NCBI GenBank assembly: GCA_049790955.1
Contig: JBAQZL010000097.1
Span: forward strand, 13,729 to 77,728
Direction of reading: 5' to 3'
DNA: 64,000 nt
DNA from: Acidimicrobiales bacterium
GTDB lineage: Bacteria; Actinomycetota; Acidimicrobiia; Acidimicrobiales; RAAP-2
Below, in pieces: positions 46,717 to 60,675 of the stretch (position 1 is the stretch's first letter; each line of letters begins with the position of its first letter). The position numbers were made by a program, and so were the translations under genes. The notes beneath the pieces are model-generated. The model made no database searches and was not told the DNA's origin. It saw only the letters and a list, made by a program, of their open reading frames with translations.

Positions 46717-47071
46717 CGCGCAAAGAGGGAGCTTTTCGCAGATACACGTGTCGAAGTTCGTTGCGGGCTCGCTCGGTGTACGCGTGCATCAGCACCCTCA
46801 CGGTGAGCGCCATGGCGCCGGGCACGTTGATCTCGCTCGCACACAGCAGCGGCACATCGCCAAAGCCCACCCCGCGTGCGGCGGTGGCCGGAAAAGCGGC
46901 CGTAAGGTCGGGAGACGTTGTAAAGAGCACGCTGATCACGTCGTCGTGGTTGATGCCATTGCGCTCGAGCATCTCGAGAAGTAGCTCTTGGGTCACTTCG
47001 TTGATCTCTTCGGGCGTGTTCTCCTCGCACGTTGACGCGCCCCGTAATCCTCGAACCATGGCAAAACTCAT
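46700..47071 (-). CDS. aroH: Chorismate mutase, AroH class
   Basis: ATG 47071 overlaps the rluB stop (ATGA). The 123-aa product MSFAMVRGLRGASTCEENTPEEI...FTTSPDL... matches the AroH pattern (RG(I/L)RGA). The track ORF to 47239 is an extension. Confidence 0.85.
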   Translation of the reverse strand: MSFAMVRGLRGASTCEENTPEEINEVTQELLLEMLERNGINHDDVISVLFTTSPDLTAAFPATAARGVGFGDVPLLCASEINVPGAMALTVRVLMHAYTERARNELRHVYLRKAPSLRDDLPE

Positions 47072-47808
47072 GAAGGCATCGTAGAGGCCAGCTCCTCGGT
47101 CATCCCAACCGCCTCCATCAGTCGTCGAACTTCGTTCAGCGACAGTTGGCGATACGAACCCGGTGACAGTGTGGCGTCTTGGAGGGGACCAATGCGTGTA
47201 CGCACGAGGCGTGTGACTTCGTGACCGACTGCCGCGCACATGCGACGCACTTGGCGATTGCGGCCTTCGTGGATGACAATGCGCAGCAGTCCCTCACTGA
47301 CGCGCGACACCTGGGCGACGGCCGTGACGCCGTCTTCTAGCTCGACTCCTTCGCGCAGACGCCGCAGCGCCCCGGGAGACGGGTCGCCCTCGACGCGCGC
47401 CAGATATTCCTTGGCAATTCCCGAACTCGGGTGGGTGAGCAAGTGCGCGAGGCGACCATCGTTGGTCAAGATCAACAGGCCCTCGGTATTCATGTCCAGC
47501 CGTCCGACCGGAAATATCCGTACGGGCGACTCGACGAGATCCAACACGGTGGTGCGACCCTGTGGATCCGACGCCGTCGTGACAACGCCGTCTGGCTTGT
47601 TCAGAAGAAAATAGACCTTGCTCTGCGAGGTTGGAGCCATCGCGCCGTCGACGCAGATGATGTTGATCTCGGGCTGAACCCGATTTCCGAGCTCCGCCAC
47701 GCGTCCGTCGATCGTGACGCGCCCTTCGACAATCAGGATCTCGCACGACCGTCGTGACCCATAGCCAGCGCGCGCCAGCGTCTTTTGGAGTCGCTCGCCC
47801 TCGTCCAA
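47068..47808 (-). CDS. rluB: 23S rRNA pseudouridine synthase (RluB/RsuA family)
   Basis: 246 aa. The S4 domain is ERLQKTLARAGYGSRR and the catalytic motif is PVGRLDMNTEGLLILTNDG. The TTG start abuts the scpB stop. Confidence 0.88.
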   Translation of the reverse strand: MDEGERLQKTLARAGYGSRRSCEILIVEGRVTIDGRVAELGNRVQPEINIICVDGAMAPTSQSKVYFLLNKPDGVVTTASDPQGRTTVLDLVESPVRIFPVGRLDMNTEGLLILTNDGRLAHLLTHPSSGIAKEYLARVEGDPSPGALRRLREGVELEDGVTAVAQVSRVSEGLLRIVIHEGRNRQVRRMCAAVGHEVTRLVRTRIGPLQDATLSPGSYRQLSLNEVRRLMEAVGMTEELASTMPS

Positions 47809-48396
47809 CTACGACACCTCAGAGTCATCGAAACGCTCGGCCATCTCGTCGGCCAGCGCATTCGCGGTTTCTATTGGCGGCATGAACTCTTCAATCGGAG
47901 GCAGATCGTCCAACGTCGCGAGTCCCATGCGATCGAGGAAAAGCTCGGTCGTGGCGTACAAGATTGGCTGACCGGGTCCCGGAGCTCGACCCTGCTCTTC
48001 GATGTAGCCACGTTGTTCGAGGAGTCGGACGACCCCGTCCACGTTGACGCCGCGTAGGGCCGTGATCTGAGCACGCGAGACAGGTTGGCGATAGGCGATG
48101 ATCGCGAGCGATTCGAGGGCCGCGGAACTGAGTCGGTGCGACACGTCGCGATTGGCGAACTTCGTGACCCAGGTCGCCACGTCGGGAGAGGACTGCATGA
48201 CCCAGCCGCTCGCGAGCTCGACGACTTGAAACCCGCGACGTTGCTCGAGGAACTCATCGCGCAAAGCGCGCAGCGACTCCGTCACCGCCGCGGCGTCGGC
48301 ATCAACGACGTCGGCCAGTTCCTCCGCGGAAATGGGCTCCAAGGCCACCGTCAGCATTGCTTCGAGTTTCTGCTCGAGTGATAGTTCATCCCTCAT
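47809..48396 (-). CDS. scpB: Segregation and condensation protein B
   Basis: ATG 48396 gives MRDELSLEQKLEAMLTVALEPISAEELADVV... It has the winged-helix ScpB pattern and sits downstream of scpA. Confidence 0.85.
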   Translation of the reverse strand: MRDELSLEQKLEAMLTVALEPISAEELADVVDADAAAVTESLRALRDEFLEQRRGFQVVELASGWVMQSSPDVATWVTKFANRDVSHRLSSAALESLAIIAYRQPVSRAQITALRGVNVDGVVRLLEQRGYIEEQGRAPGPGQPILYATTELFLDRMGLATLDDLPPIEEFMPPIETANALADEMAERFDDSEVS

Positions 48397-49162
48397 AACT
48401 GTCCACTCCCCCAATATCGAGTCTCGCGTTCGAGTCGAGCCATTCGATCTGTACCTCGCCAAAGGTTGCGCCCTGGCCGAGGGTCACGTGGCCGAGCTTG
48501 CATAGCTCCAGAAGCGCCAAGAAGTGCACGATGACCTCGATGCGCGTGGTGAGTGCCTCGGTCAGCTGTCGGAAAGAAAAACGTCCCATGGTTGGCAGTC
48601 GCTGGGCCAGCGTGGCGACCGTTTCGGCGACCGTGACAGCGTCGACGGTGACGTGGTGAAGTCGAACGACCGGTACCGGTTTCTCTTCGATGCCGCGCAG
48701 GTACGCGAGTGCCAGTTGCGCCGTCGTCACGCCCGCCAAGAGGTCCGGCGGCTGCACCACGAATCCGTCGTCCACTCCGCGTAGTCGGGGATACGCGCGA
48801 CTCGCGCGCTCGAAGAGCGACACGAAGGCGTCCGCCAGGGCCGAATACGTTCGTAGCTCCAAGAGCCGCGCCAAGAGGACGTCGCGCTCTTCCCAGCCGA
48901 CGAACTCCTCGTCAATTTCGCCACTCTCACGACCGGGCAACAGCCGATGGCTCTTCATCTCCAAGAGAACGGCTCCGATCAGGAGAAACTCAGAGAGATC
49001 ATCGATTTCGAGAGTGACGGCGTCGTCGCGCAACGTAGCCACGAACGCGTCGACGAGTGGAGCGAGAGGAACGTCCAGAATGTCGACGTCGTGACTGGAG
49101 ATCAGCTGCAGTAGAAGTTCTACGGGGCCGCTAAAGGACGGCGTCGTCACGACGAAGGTCAC
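48386..49162 (-). CDS. scpA: Segregation and condensation protein A (kleisin)
   Basis: 258 aa: ...FSGPVELLLQLISSHDVDILDVPLAPLVDAF... is the typical ScpA N-terminus. Confidence 0.88.
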   Translation of the reverse strand: MTFVVTTPSFSGPVELLLQLISSHDVDILDVPLAPLVDAFVATLRDDAVTLEIDDLSEFLLIGAVLLEMKSHRLLPGRESGEIDEEFVGWEERDVLLARLLELRTYSALADAFVSLFERASRAYPRLRGVDDGFVVQPPDLLAGVTTAQLALAYLRGIEEKPVPVVRLHHVTVDAVTVAETVATLAQRLPTMGRFSFRQLTEALTTRIEVIVHFLALLELCKLGHVTLGQGATFGEVQIEWLDSNARLDIGGVDSYEG

Positions 49163-49200
49163 TCATCAACCCTACCGGGTGTCTCATCTACCATTGAACG

Positions 49201-50169
49201 ATGAGAATTCTTTCTGGAATGCAACCCTCAGGAACGCTGCATCTGGGCAACTACCTTGGCGCGCTCCGTCCGTGGGTGGAGGCTCAGAATGCCGACGCGT
49301 ACTACTGCGTGGTGGATCTCCACGCCCTGACCCTGCAGATCTCGCCCGAAATGCTGCGCAAGAACACCACGGATCTGCTCGCCACCTACCTGGCCGCGGG
49401 GCTCGATCCCGAGGTCTGCGCCATATTTATTCAGAGTCACGTCCCGTATCACGCCCAGCTGAACTGGCTGCTGGAGTGTGTCGCCACCTACGGCGAACTC
49501 TCTCGCATGGTGGCCTTCAAAGAGAAGTCCGAGCGTCAAGAGGGCTACCGAGTGGGACTCTTGACGTACCCCGTCCTGCAAACGGCCGACATCTTGCTCT
49601 ACGACACGCAGGAGGTCCCCGTCGGCGACGATCAGCGCCAACACCTCGAGCTGGCCCGCGACATCGCCGAACGGTTCAATAATCGATTCGGCGACACCTT
49701 TACCGTTCCCGTCGGCGTGCAACCCAAAGTTGCGGCACGGGTCATGGACCTCCAAGAGCCGACCCGAAAGATGAGCAAGTCGATCTCGAGTCCGCTCGGC
49801 ACGATCTACCTCTTCGATAGTCCGAGTGACATCGAGCGAAAGATCTCGAAAGCCGTTACCGACACAGACGGTGACGTGCGCTACGACTGGTCGACCAAGC
49901 CCGGGGTCTCTAACTTGCTCGAGATCTACGCGAGCTTCGCCAAAGAAACCCCCGAGGCCGTTGCCAGCCGCTACACGCGATACGGGGATCTCAAGACGGA
50001 CCTCGCCGCACTCATGGTCGAGAACTTGTCGCCACTGCGCGAGCGCTACGACCGGCTCATTCAATCGCCCGCCGACTTGCATGCGGTCGCAGAACGCGGA
50101 GCGCAGAAGGCGAGTGAACAGGCTGGCCCGGTGTATCGTCGCGCCGCGAGCGCCATGGGACTGGTTTAG
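49201..50169 (+). CDS. trpS: Tryptophan--tRNA ligase
   Basis: 322 aa. The HIGH-type motif is GTLHLGNYLGA and the KMSKS motif is RKMSKS. Confidence 0.93.
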   Translation: MRILSGMQPSGTLHLGNYLGALRPWVEAQNADAYYCVVDLHALTLQISPEMLRKNTTDLLATYLAAGLDPEVCAIFIQSHVPYHAQLNWLLECVATYGELSRMVAFKEKSERQEGYRVGLLTYPVLQTADILLYDTQEVPVGDDQRQHLELARDIAERFNNRFGDTFTVPVGVQPKVAARVMDLQEPTRKMSKSISSPLGTIYLFDSPSDIERKISKAVTDTDGDVRYDWSTKPGVSNLLEIYASFAKETPEAVASRYTRYGDLKTDLAALMVENLSPLRERYDRLIQSPADLHAVAERGAQKASEQAGPVYRRAASAMGLV

Positions 50170-50801
50170 AGCAGCCTGAGCCACCAGTTTTCGATACCGA
50201 CTAACCACGTGCCCGCGATGTTGGTGGTCCAGGTCAGCAGAATCAGCGCGAGGAAGAAGAATGGAAGTGCCCGGGCGCGAAGTTGGTAGTACTTCGCGAG
50301 ACTCCTATTGGGGAGAAATCTCTCGATGATCGCTGATCCGTCGAGCGGCGGGATGGGGATCAAGTTAAAGACCGCGAGGATGAGATTGACTAATCCGAGT
50401 GTCTCCCCGAAGGTGAAAATGGCGGGAATATAGGTACCCGTCGCGGTGAAGGCGACCTCGTGGAGTGTTTCTCGGCAAATGACGTAGCCAACGGCCGAGA
50501 GAATGATGTTGACGGCCGGCCCCGCCAGCGAGACCCAGAGCGCCTGCTGGCGTGGCTTGCGAAGTCGAGAGAGGTTGACCGGCACTGGTTTCGCGTAGCC
50601 GAAAGCGGGAAAGTGCAAGAGCAAGAGGAGACCCGGCATGATGACTGACCCAAAGGGGTCGATGTGGACCAATGGGTTCAGGGTAAGTCGGTGTGCCTGC
50701 TTGGCCGTCGGATCGCCGAAGTGGTTCGCGACGTACCCGTGAGCGACTTCGTGAAGAACGACGGACGGAATCAAGATCACGAACCAGAGCCAGAGATTCA
50801 T
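50166..50801 (-). CDS. Site-2 protease family (M50) membrane metalloprotease
   Basis: 211 aa, polytopic, with HEVAHG (HExxH). The stop overlaps the trpS stop (TTAG). Confidence 0.85.
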   Translation of the reverse strand: MNLWLWFVILIPSVVLHEVAHGYVANHFGDPTAKQAHRLTLNPLVHIDPFGSVIMPGLLLLLHFPAFGYAKPVPVNLSRLRKPRQQALWVSLAGPAVNIILSAVGYVICRETLHEVAFTATGTYIPAIFTFGETLGLVNLILAVFNLIPIPPLDGSAIIERFLPNRSLAKYYQLRARALPFFFLALILLTWTTNIAGTWLVGIENWWLRLL

Positions 50802-51703
50802 CGGGGACTACCTCTTAATCGTGGGCTCGAGGATGGGCGTGCTGGTATTCACGTTGCAAGGTCGTTACCGACACTGCGGTGTAGATCTGTGTGGTGGCGA
50901 TTGACGCGTGACCCAACAGTTCCTGCACCACCCTAATGTCGGCGCCATGCGCGAGCATGTGCGTCGCGCAACTGTGGCGAAAGACGTGAGCTGAGATACG
51001 AGATCGGTCGATTCCCACGAGCAGGGCGCGCTTATGCACAATGAGATCGACGCCCTGACGCGTCAACTCCCCCGAGCGAGCGTTTAAGAACACTCGGCGA
51101 CTCTTGCGGCCTGCGAGAAGAGTTCGGCGGCCGCCGGGTCCGAGATAGTCGCGCAACGCGCGTTGCATGGCTCCGCCCATGGGCACGAGACGTTGCTTCG
51201 ATCCCTTTCCGGTGAGAAGAATTAGCTCCTCGTCGAAGTCGACGTCCGAAAGCTCTAGGCCGACCACTTCACTGACCCGCGCCCCCGTGGCGTAAAGAAG
51301 CTCCAGAAGAGCGCGATCGCGTAGGTCGATCGCTGTCGCTGAGGGAATCGCGTCGAGCAACTTTGCCACTTCATTCTCACCGAGAGGCTTGGGCAACGTG
51401 CGTCCGCGTCGACCGCCCTTCAATCGAGCGCTCGGGTCGAGCGTCAGCTGACCCTCATCGAGGAGATAGGAGAGAAAGCCGCGAACCGCCGCGACCGAGC
51501 GAGCCACGGTGGTCGCTTGGCTAGTTTCGCGAAGCCCGTTGAAATACCCCTCGAGGTCCTCTTCGCGAAGGCCACTGAGGCGAAGTTTCTTCTCCCCCAG
51601 CCATACCCCGAGAGCGACGAGGTCGCGCCGGTACGCCTCTAGCGTGGCGCGACTGCGACCCTTTTCAATAGTGAGCCACTGAAGATAGTCTTCGAGCGCT
51701 TCA

Positions 51704-55541
<3,838 letters not shown>

Positions 55542-55549
<8 letters not shown>

Positions 55550-56357
55550 GACCCTCTCGAAGGCTGCGGCGAAGTCGCGTCGCAAGGTCGAAGCTCCGCG
55601 ACGCCGCTATGTGCACCGGGGTGGGACTCTGGCGAACTTCAATGAACTCACCGGGTCCAAGCGCTCCAATGGTCTGCCCGTCGGCGACCAGCATGGCGGG
55701 TTTGTCATCAACGAGGAGGCGAATCACCCGGTTGACCGGAACGACGATGGACCGTCCGATGGTGAAGTGCGGGGCCACGGGAGTAAGGATCATCACCGCG
55801 AGCGAGGCGTCCACGACGGGACCACCCGCCGAAAAGTTATAACCCGTGCTACCGGTCGGGGTGGAGACCATCACACCATCGGCTGAGTACGTCAAAAACT
55901 CCTCTTCGTCGACGAACGTCTTCACTTTCACCATGTGACCGGGACTCGCCCGCTCGACGACGACTTCATTGAGAGCGAACTCTTCTCCGGGCAAGTTCGA
56001 GACCGTGATCTGCAAAGCCAGGCGCTCTGAGACGGTGTTGTTCGTGAGCGCCCACGTAATGTGCTCGACGATCTCGGTCGATGGCACATCGAGGAGAAAC
56101 CCGAGCTGACCGAGATTCACTGCGACGATACGGGCGCCCACACTGTGGGCCAGGCGCGTGGCTTTCAGGAACGTTCCGTCGCCCCCGAGGCTCACGACCA
56201 GGGTAGAAGCATCGATCTCGGGTTCATCCGGCGTATCCAGCAGGTGTAGTGACGACGTCACTCCGTCTCGGGCGAGCTGCTCACCGACCTCGTGCGCCAG
56301 CTCGACCGCGTCGAGGCGGTTGCTAAATGCGAGAAAGAGAAGTTGGGACACGGACAC
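55542..56357 (-). CDS. nadK: NAD kinase
   Basis: 271 aa with the GGDGTFL motif and a GTG start. Confidence 0.9.
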
Positions 56358-56411
56358 CTCGCCCTAATGGTAGTAACAACGGTCGAAGTCGCTCGCGGAG
56401 AACCTGAGTAG

Positions 56412-56666
56412 CTATTGATCGCTGAGCGCGCGGCGGCGCAGCGGTGGGACCGTCGTAGGAGGCCTCTGGCGCGCGGGGAGCTCGAGGAGGAGTTCGCTGG
56501 TCGCTCGGGCGACGGCGTCAATCGCCTTTTCCAGAGACTCGCTCGTTCGAGGGGTGATGGTGGTCACTCCGCTCACCTTGCGAATGAATTGGCGGGCGGC
56601 GGCTTCTATCTCCTCCGAGGTCGCCTCAGGCTCGAGACCGCGCAGAATCGTGATGTTTCGACACAT
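56412..56666 (-). CDS. DUF2277-family small protein
   Basis: 84 aa beginning MCRNITILRGLEPEATSEEIEAAARQFIRKVSG. This is the MCRNI... N-terminus I associate with DUF2277. Confidence 0.65.
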   Translation of the reverse strand: MCRNITILRGLEPEATSEEIEAAARQFIRKVSGVTTITPRTSESLEKAIDAVARATSELLLELPARQRPPTTVPPLRRRALSDQ

Positions 56667-56783
56667 GTCTAGACAGTAGGACCTCGTGGCGCCTGGAGCC
56701 AGGGTTTGCCTCGAGCCTTACCGCCAAGACTCCGGCGCCGCACAATGACTACTGTGAGTCGAGAGTCGAAGGAAAGGTGGACT

Positions 56784-57197
56784 ATGAGCGACATGAACGA
56801 CTGGAATAAAGGAATCATTGAAGAGTTCCGCAGCAACGGCGGTCAGGTCGGCGGAGACTTCACAGGAGCTCCGATGCTCCTACTCACCACGACGGGCGCC
56901 AAGAGCAATCAGAAGCGTGTCAATCCAATGATGTACTTGGACCTCGAGGGCCATACCTACGTCTTCGCCTCCAAGGCGGGCGCCGACACCAACCCCGACT
57001 GGTATCGCAATCTTGTTGCCCACCCTGAGGTCACCGTCGAACTCGGTGGCGACACCTTCAACGCAATTGCCACCCCACTCGAGCGTGCCGATCGTGATCG
57101 GGTCTATGCCGTGCAGGCCTCGCGTCTTCCGAACTTTGCCGAATACGAGACCAAGACGACGCGCGTTATCCCTGTCGTCGAGATCGTTCGCTCGTAG
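56784..57197 (+). CDS. Deazaflavin (F420)-dependent nitroreductase-family oxidoreductase (DDN-like)
   Basis: ATG 56784 follows GGAAAGGTGG. ...NKGIIEEFRSNGGQVGGDFTGAPMLLLTTTGAKSNQKRVNPMMY... is the split beta-barrel DDN pattern. The track ORF starts earlier, at 56706. Confidence 0.8.
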   Translation: MSDMNDWNKGIIEEFRSNGGQVGGDFTGAPMLLLTTTGAKSNQKRVNPMMYLDLEGHTYVFASKAGADTNPDWYRNLVAHPEVTVELGGDTFNAIATPLERADRDRVYAVQASRLPNFAEYETKTTRVIPVVEIVRS

Positions 57198-57198
57198 C

Positions 57199-58188
57199 CT
57201 ACGAGCCGATCGGAACAGTAGAAAAAGTCCCAGCCGGTCCAGACAGCCCGTTACCATTGCCCGCGGTTCCCGTTGCGGCGAGCGATCCATTCTTGGCCAG
57301 GGAGACCTTCTCTTTCCAATACTCGAAGAGCGGCTTGCCGTTATACGTCACCTGCTCTGTCCCATTGGCGAGGCGCGTTTCGCCAATAGCTTGAGCGCTC
57401 AAACCGCGTAGGAGGGGCTTCCCTGTCGTGAGTACCGGCACCCACTCGGGCGCGCATGTATTTCCACAGAGACCCGCGCTATAGGTGTACGCGGTTACCG
57501 CCAGCGGATTGATGTTGGGGTCGCCTTCTACGGCCAGGACGCGTTGGCCATTCGCCAATGTTCCCGTTTCGATCGTGGCGACTCCTTCGTCGGGGTCGCC
57601 GTTCTTCGCCGAGACCAGGCTCCAATAGCCGTGCCACGGAGCGAGCGGACTCGTGGTCTCAAGGTAGTCCTCGCCCAGCGGTTTGAACGGCGCCGACGAA
57701 GGATCGAAGAGGTACAGAAGGTGCCCGGCGTAGGTGACCTGGTCGCCAATGCCGCGTCGATATCTCGTACCGAGCAGCCTCTGATCCACTCCCGCGCCCG
57801 CGATCGGCGGGTTCTTCGTCGTATAGGCCGGCCAGTCGTCAGAAAAGACGTTGCGAAGAATGTCGCTCATGGGACCGGTGCAGGTCATTTCCAACGCTCC
57901 ATTGGGATTGAGGTCGTACCCGCGAGCCTTGGTCGTCCCGCAACCCAGTCGCCCGTTAGCGTCACCGCTGAATTCGTAGAGCGGAAATCCGGCCAGCTCG
58001 CCGCTTTTCACGACCAGAACATTTCCGTACGACTTCGTCGAGAGAACGGCGACTCCTGAGCCCGCAGTGTGGCTGGGGCGAAAGATAACGATGAGAAGCA
58101 CCGCCGCGACAACCACCGCCGCTCCCCCGACGTACGTCGCCCAGCGGGTTCGCGACTGTCGCGAGCGACTCGCTTCGCCAACCTTCAC
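57199..58188 (-). CDS. Membrane-anchored/secreted protein with COG4315-type (Lipoprotein_15) repeats
   Basis: GTG 58188 gives a basic N-terminus plus a TM helix (YVGGAAVVVAAVLLIVIF). The repeats are ...GFPLYEFSGD..., ...GHLLYLFDP... and ...GKPLFEYWKE.... The track ORF to 58359 overlaps the aminotransferase. Confidence 0.7.
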   Translation of the reverse strand: MKVGEASRSRQSRTRWATYVGGAAVVVAAVLLIVIFRPSHTAGSGVAVLSTKSYGNVLVVKSGELAGFPLYEFSGDANGRLGCGTTKARGYDLNPNGALEMTCTGPMSDILRNVFSDDWPAYTTKNPPIAGAGVDQRLLGTRYRRGIGDQVTYAGHLLYLFDPSSAPFKPLGEDYLETTSPLAPWHGYWSLVSAKNGDPDEGVATIETGTLANGQRVLAVEGDPNINPLAVTAYTYSAGLCGNTCAPEWVPVLTTGKPLLRGLSAQAIGETRLANGTEQVTYNGKPLFEYWKEKVSLAKNGSLAATGTAGNGNGLSGPAGTFSTVPIGS

Positions 58189-58195
58189 GAAGAGG

Positions 58196-59611
58196 TCACG
58201 ACTGCGCGGGGCTCGCGTTCGCTGACGAGCGTGTCCGCTTGAACGCGCCCTTCGCCATGGCCACGCCGAACCCAAAGATCCACGCGCTGTTCTTCTCGGC
58301 GTCAGTGAGTAGTTCATCGAGAGCATCCACGAACAGGTCGATCTCTCGCTCGCCAGCAATGAGCGCGGGTAGCAGTTTGATGATGTTCACGTTGTCGGCC
58401 GCCACTTGCGTCAAAATCCGGTGACGTTGAAACAGGGGCACCACGAGAGTCTGAGTAAACAGAGCCGTGCGCGTCGATTCCACCGCACGCCAACGTCGTT
58501 TGAGGGCGGGTGTCGTCGGAGCCCCGAACTCGATGCCAATCATCTGCCCGCGCCCGCGCACGGCGTGCACAAACTCATGGCGGTCGTTGAGCTCGCCCAA
58601 TTTCTGGTGCCAGAGATCACCCATCGCCGCCGCGTGCTCGACAATGCCATCATCGTCAAACACTGACAGTGTGGCGAGACCCGCGACCATGGCGAGTTGA
58701 TTGCCCTTGAAAGTGGTCGAATGAACCATCGCTCGATCCATCGAGCTGTAGACGCTGCGAAAGATCTTGTCGCTCGTGAGCATCGCTCCAACGGGAATGT
58801 ATCCACCAGAGAGAGCTTTCGAGACGGTGATGATGTCAGGACGCAGCCCGTAGTGCTCGAAGGCGTAGAACTTCCCCGTTCGCCCAATGCCCGTCTGCAC
58901 TTCGTCACAGATGAAGAGAACGCCCGCTTCGTGACAGACCTCTTCGAGCGCCCGCCATACTTCTCCCTCGAGTTCGTAGACACCTTTTCCCTGAATGGGC
59001 TCCACGATGAAGGCGGCCACATCGCCGAGGCGGATTTCGTTGCGCAGAGCCTCGACGTCTCCAAAAGCGATCTCCGTCGCTCCGGGCAACATCTCGCCGA
59101 AGCCCTTTTTGAAGTCGCTCGATCCGTTCACGGACAGGGCTCCCATCGTGAGTCCGTGATACGCGTGGGCGTGATAACAGATCCGCTGGCGTTTGGTGTG
59201 CGACCGGGCGAACTTGATGGACGCTTCGACCGCTTCGGCTCCTGAGTTACAGAAGTACACCCGTTCGATCTGCTCGGGACTCCTCGTGACTAATTGCTCC
59301 GCCAATAGGCCCGGCAGGAGGGCGCAGTCCATCTGAACCATGTTCGGCAGGTCCGCGTCCAGCGCCTGGTGGAGTGCGTCGCGCACCACCGGATGACTGC
59401 GGCCGAGGGCGAAGACACCAAAGCCGCTCAACAGATCGAGATAACTCGTGCCGTTCTCGTCAAAGAGGTAACAGCCTTCGCCTCGCTCGTAGAAGCGGTC
59501 GAAACCGAGGGTCTTAACGACTTTGGCCAACTGCGGATTCATGTACCTGGTGTGCAGTTGGAAATTTTCGCCGTCGCGATCAGCGAGAAGTTCTGACAGT
59601 TTGAACGACAT
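58196..59611 (-). CDS. Class-III (omega) aminotransferase, PLP-dependent
   Basis: ATG 59611 follows GGGAGGAC. The motifs are ...CNSGAEAVE..., DEVQTGIGRTGKF and the PLP-Lys context TVSKALSGG. Substrate is unknown. Confidence 0.85.
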   Translation of the reverse strand: MSFKLSELLADRDGENFQLHTRYMNPQLAKVVKTLGFDRFYERGEGCYLFDENGTSYLDLLSGFGVFALGRSHPVVRDALHQALDADLPNMVQMDCALLPGLLAEQLVTRSPEQIERVYFCNSGAEAVEASIKFARSHTKRQRICYHAHAYHGLTMGALSVNGSSDFKKGFGEMLPGATEIAFGDVEALRNEIRLGDVAAFIVEPIQGKGVYELEGEVWRALEEVCHEAGVLFICDEVQTGIGRTGKFYAFEHYGLRPDIITVSKALSGGYIPVGAMLTSDKIFRSVYSSMDRAMVHSTTFKGNQLAMVAGLATLSVFDDDGIVEHAAAMGDLWHQKLGELNDRHEFVHAVRGRGQMIGIEFGAPTTPALKRRWRAVESTRTALFTQTLVVPLFQRHRILTQVAADNVNIIKLLPALIAGEREIDLFVDALDELLTDAEKNSAWIFGFGVAMAKGAFKRTRSSANASPAQS

Positions 59612-59715
59612 AGTCCTCCCTCTGCCTTCAAATCTAAACGCCGCAGCGTGCGTGAAGGTCCAGTCGGGCCTCATCACCCCAGGTGTAAAGGTGTGCAGTC
59701 CCATAGGCTACGCCC

Positions 59716-60633
59716 GTGGTCATCTTTTTGGCGCTCACGGCTTCGTGTCTGTACGCGTTGTCGAGCGTCTGCCAGCGCCTTGGCGTAGAAGGAACTCCCG
59801 ACTCGACCGACGAAATTGGTTTCATTCGCCAAATGATCCAGCGACGGGTGTGGATCGTGGGCTTCGTTGTCATGACCCTCGGCTACCTCGTCCAGTCGGT
59901 CGCACTGCACCTGGGCTCCGTTGCTGAGGTCCAACCCCTCATGGTGACCGAACTCTTGATCGTGGTCTTCATTCTGTGGTTCTGGTACTCGACTGCCTGG
60001 CACACTCGCGACGTGGTCTCCGCACTCGCCGCCGCCGTCGGGCTGACGGTCTTTCTTCTCGTCGCCTCGCCGAGCGTCGGGACGGGCGTGCCGAGCGCGG
60101 CGCGCTGGATCACGACCAGCATTTTCATAGTCGTGTTGGCCTTTGGCCTCGTCGCTCTTGGCTTGCGCGGACCGGACTGGTGGCGCGCACTCTTTCTTGG
60201 AGCGGGAGCCTCTGTCGGCTTTGCCTTCCTTGCGGTCGTCACCAAGTCGCTCACCAACGTGTTGATGAAGGGTTGGTTGGGTGCCCTCGTCTCGTGGCAG
60301 CTCTACGCCCTCGCCCTAATTGGACTCACCTCATTTGTGGTCATGCAACACGCTTTTCGAGCAGGATCCCTCGCCGTGTCGCAGTCGGCTCTCATTCTGA
60401 CCAACCCCATTGTCTCCATCGTTCTTGGTTTCGTCCTGTTCGACGAGCGGTTACGCGGCGGATCCGTCGCCGTCACCCTTGAGGTCCTTTCACTCATCGT
60501 GCTGGTCGCCGGTGCCGTCGGGCTCTGCGCCTCGTCCCTGGTCGTCGGGGTCTATGACGATGATCCCCAGCGTCACCTGCTCGGGGGCCGCGGACGATAC
60601 GCGCGACGCCACGCAGGCAACGCGATTCCCTGA
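59716..60633 (+). CDS. Polytopic membrane protein, DMT (EamA)-superfamily-like
   Basis: 305 aa with about 9-10 hydrophobic helices and a GTG start. The family call is by architecture only. Confidence 0.6.
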   Translation: MVIFLALTASCLYALSSVCQRLGVEGTPDSTDEIGFIRQMIQRRVWIVGFVVMTLGYLVQSVALHLGSVAEVQPLMVTELLIVVFILWFWYSTAWHTRDVVSALAAAVGLTVFLLVASPSVGTGVPSAARWITTSIFIVVLAFGLVALGLRGPDWWRALFLGAGASVGFAFLAVVTKSLTNVLMKGWLGALVSWQLYALALIGLTSFVVMQHAFRAGSLAVSQSALILTNPIVSIVLGFVLFDERLRGGSVAVTLEVLSLIVLVAGAVGLCASSLVVGVYDDDPQRHLLGGRGRYARRHAGNAIP

Positions 60634-60675
60634 GGTACAACTGGCGTTTGCAACGCCCCCCAGTAGGCTCGGAAG

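Noticed and set aside
49228-50208. 326-aa minus-strand ORF
   Set aside because: It is antisense to trpS, which has HIGH and KMSKS motifs, and it crosses into the M50 protease gene frame region. It is a shadow ORF.
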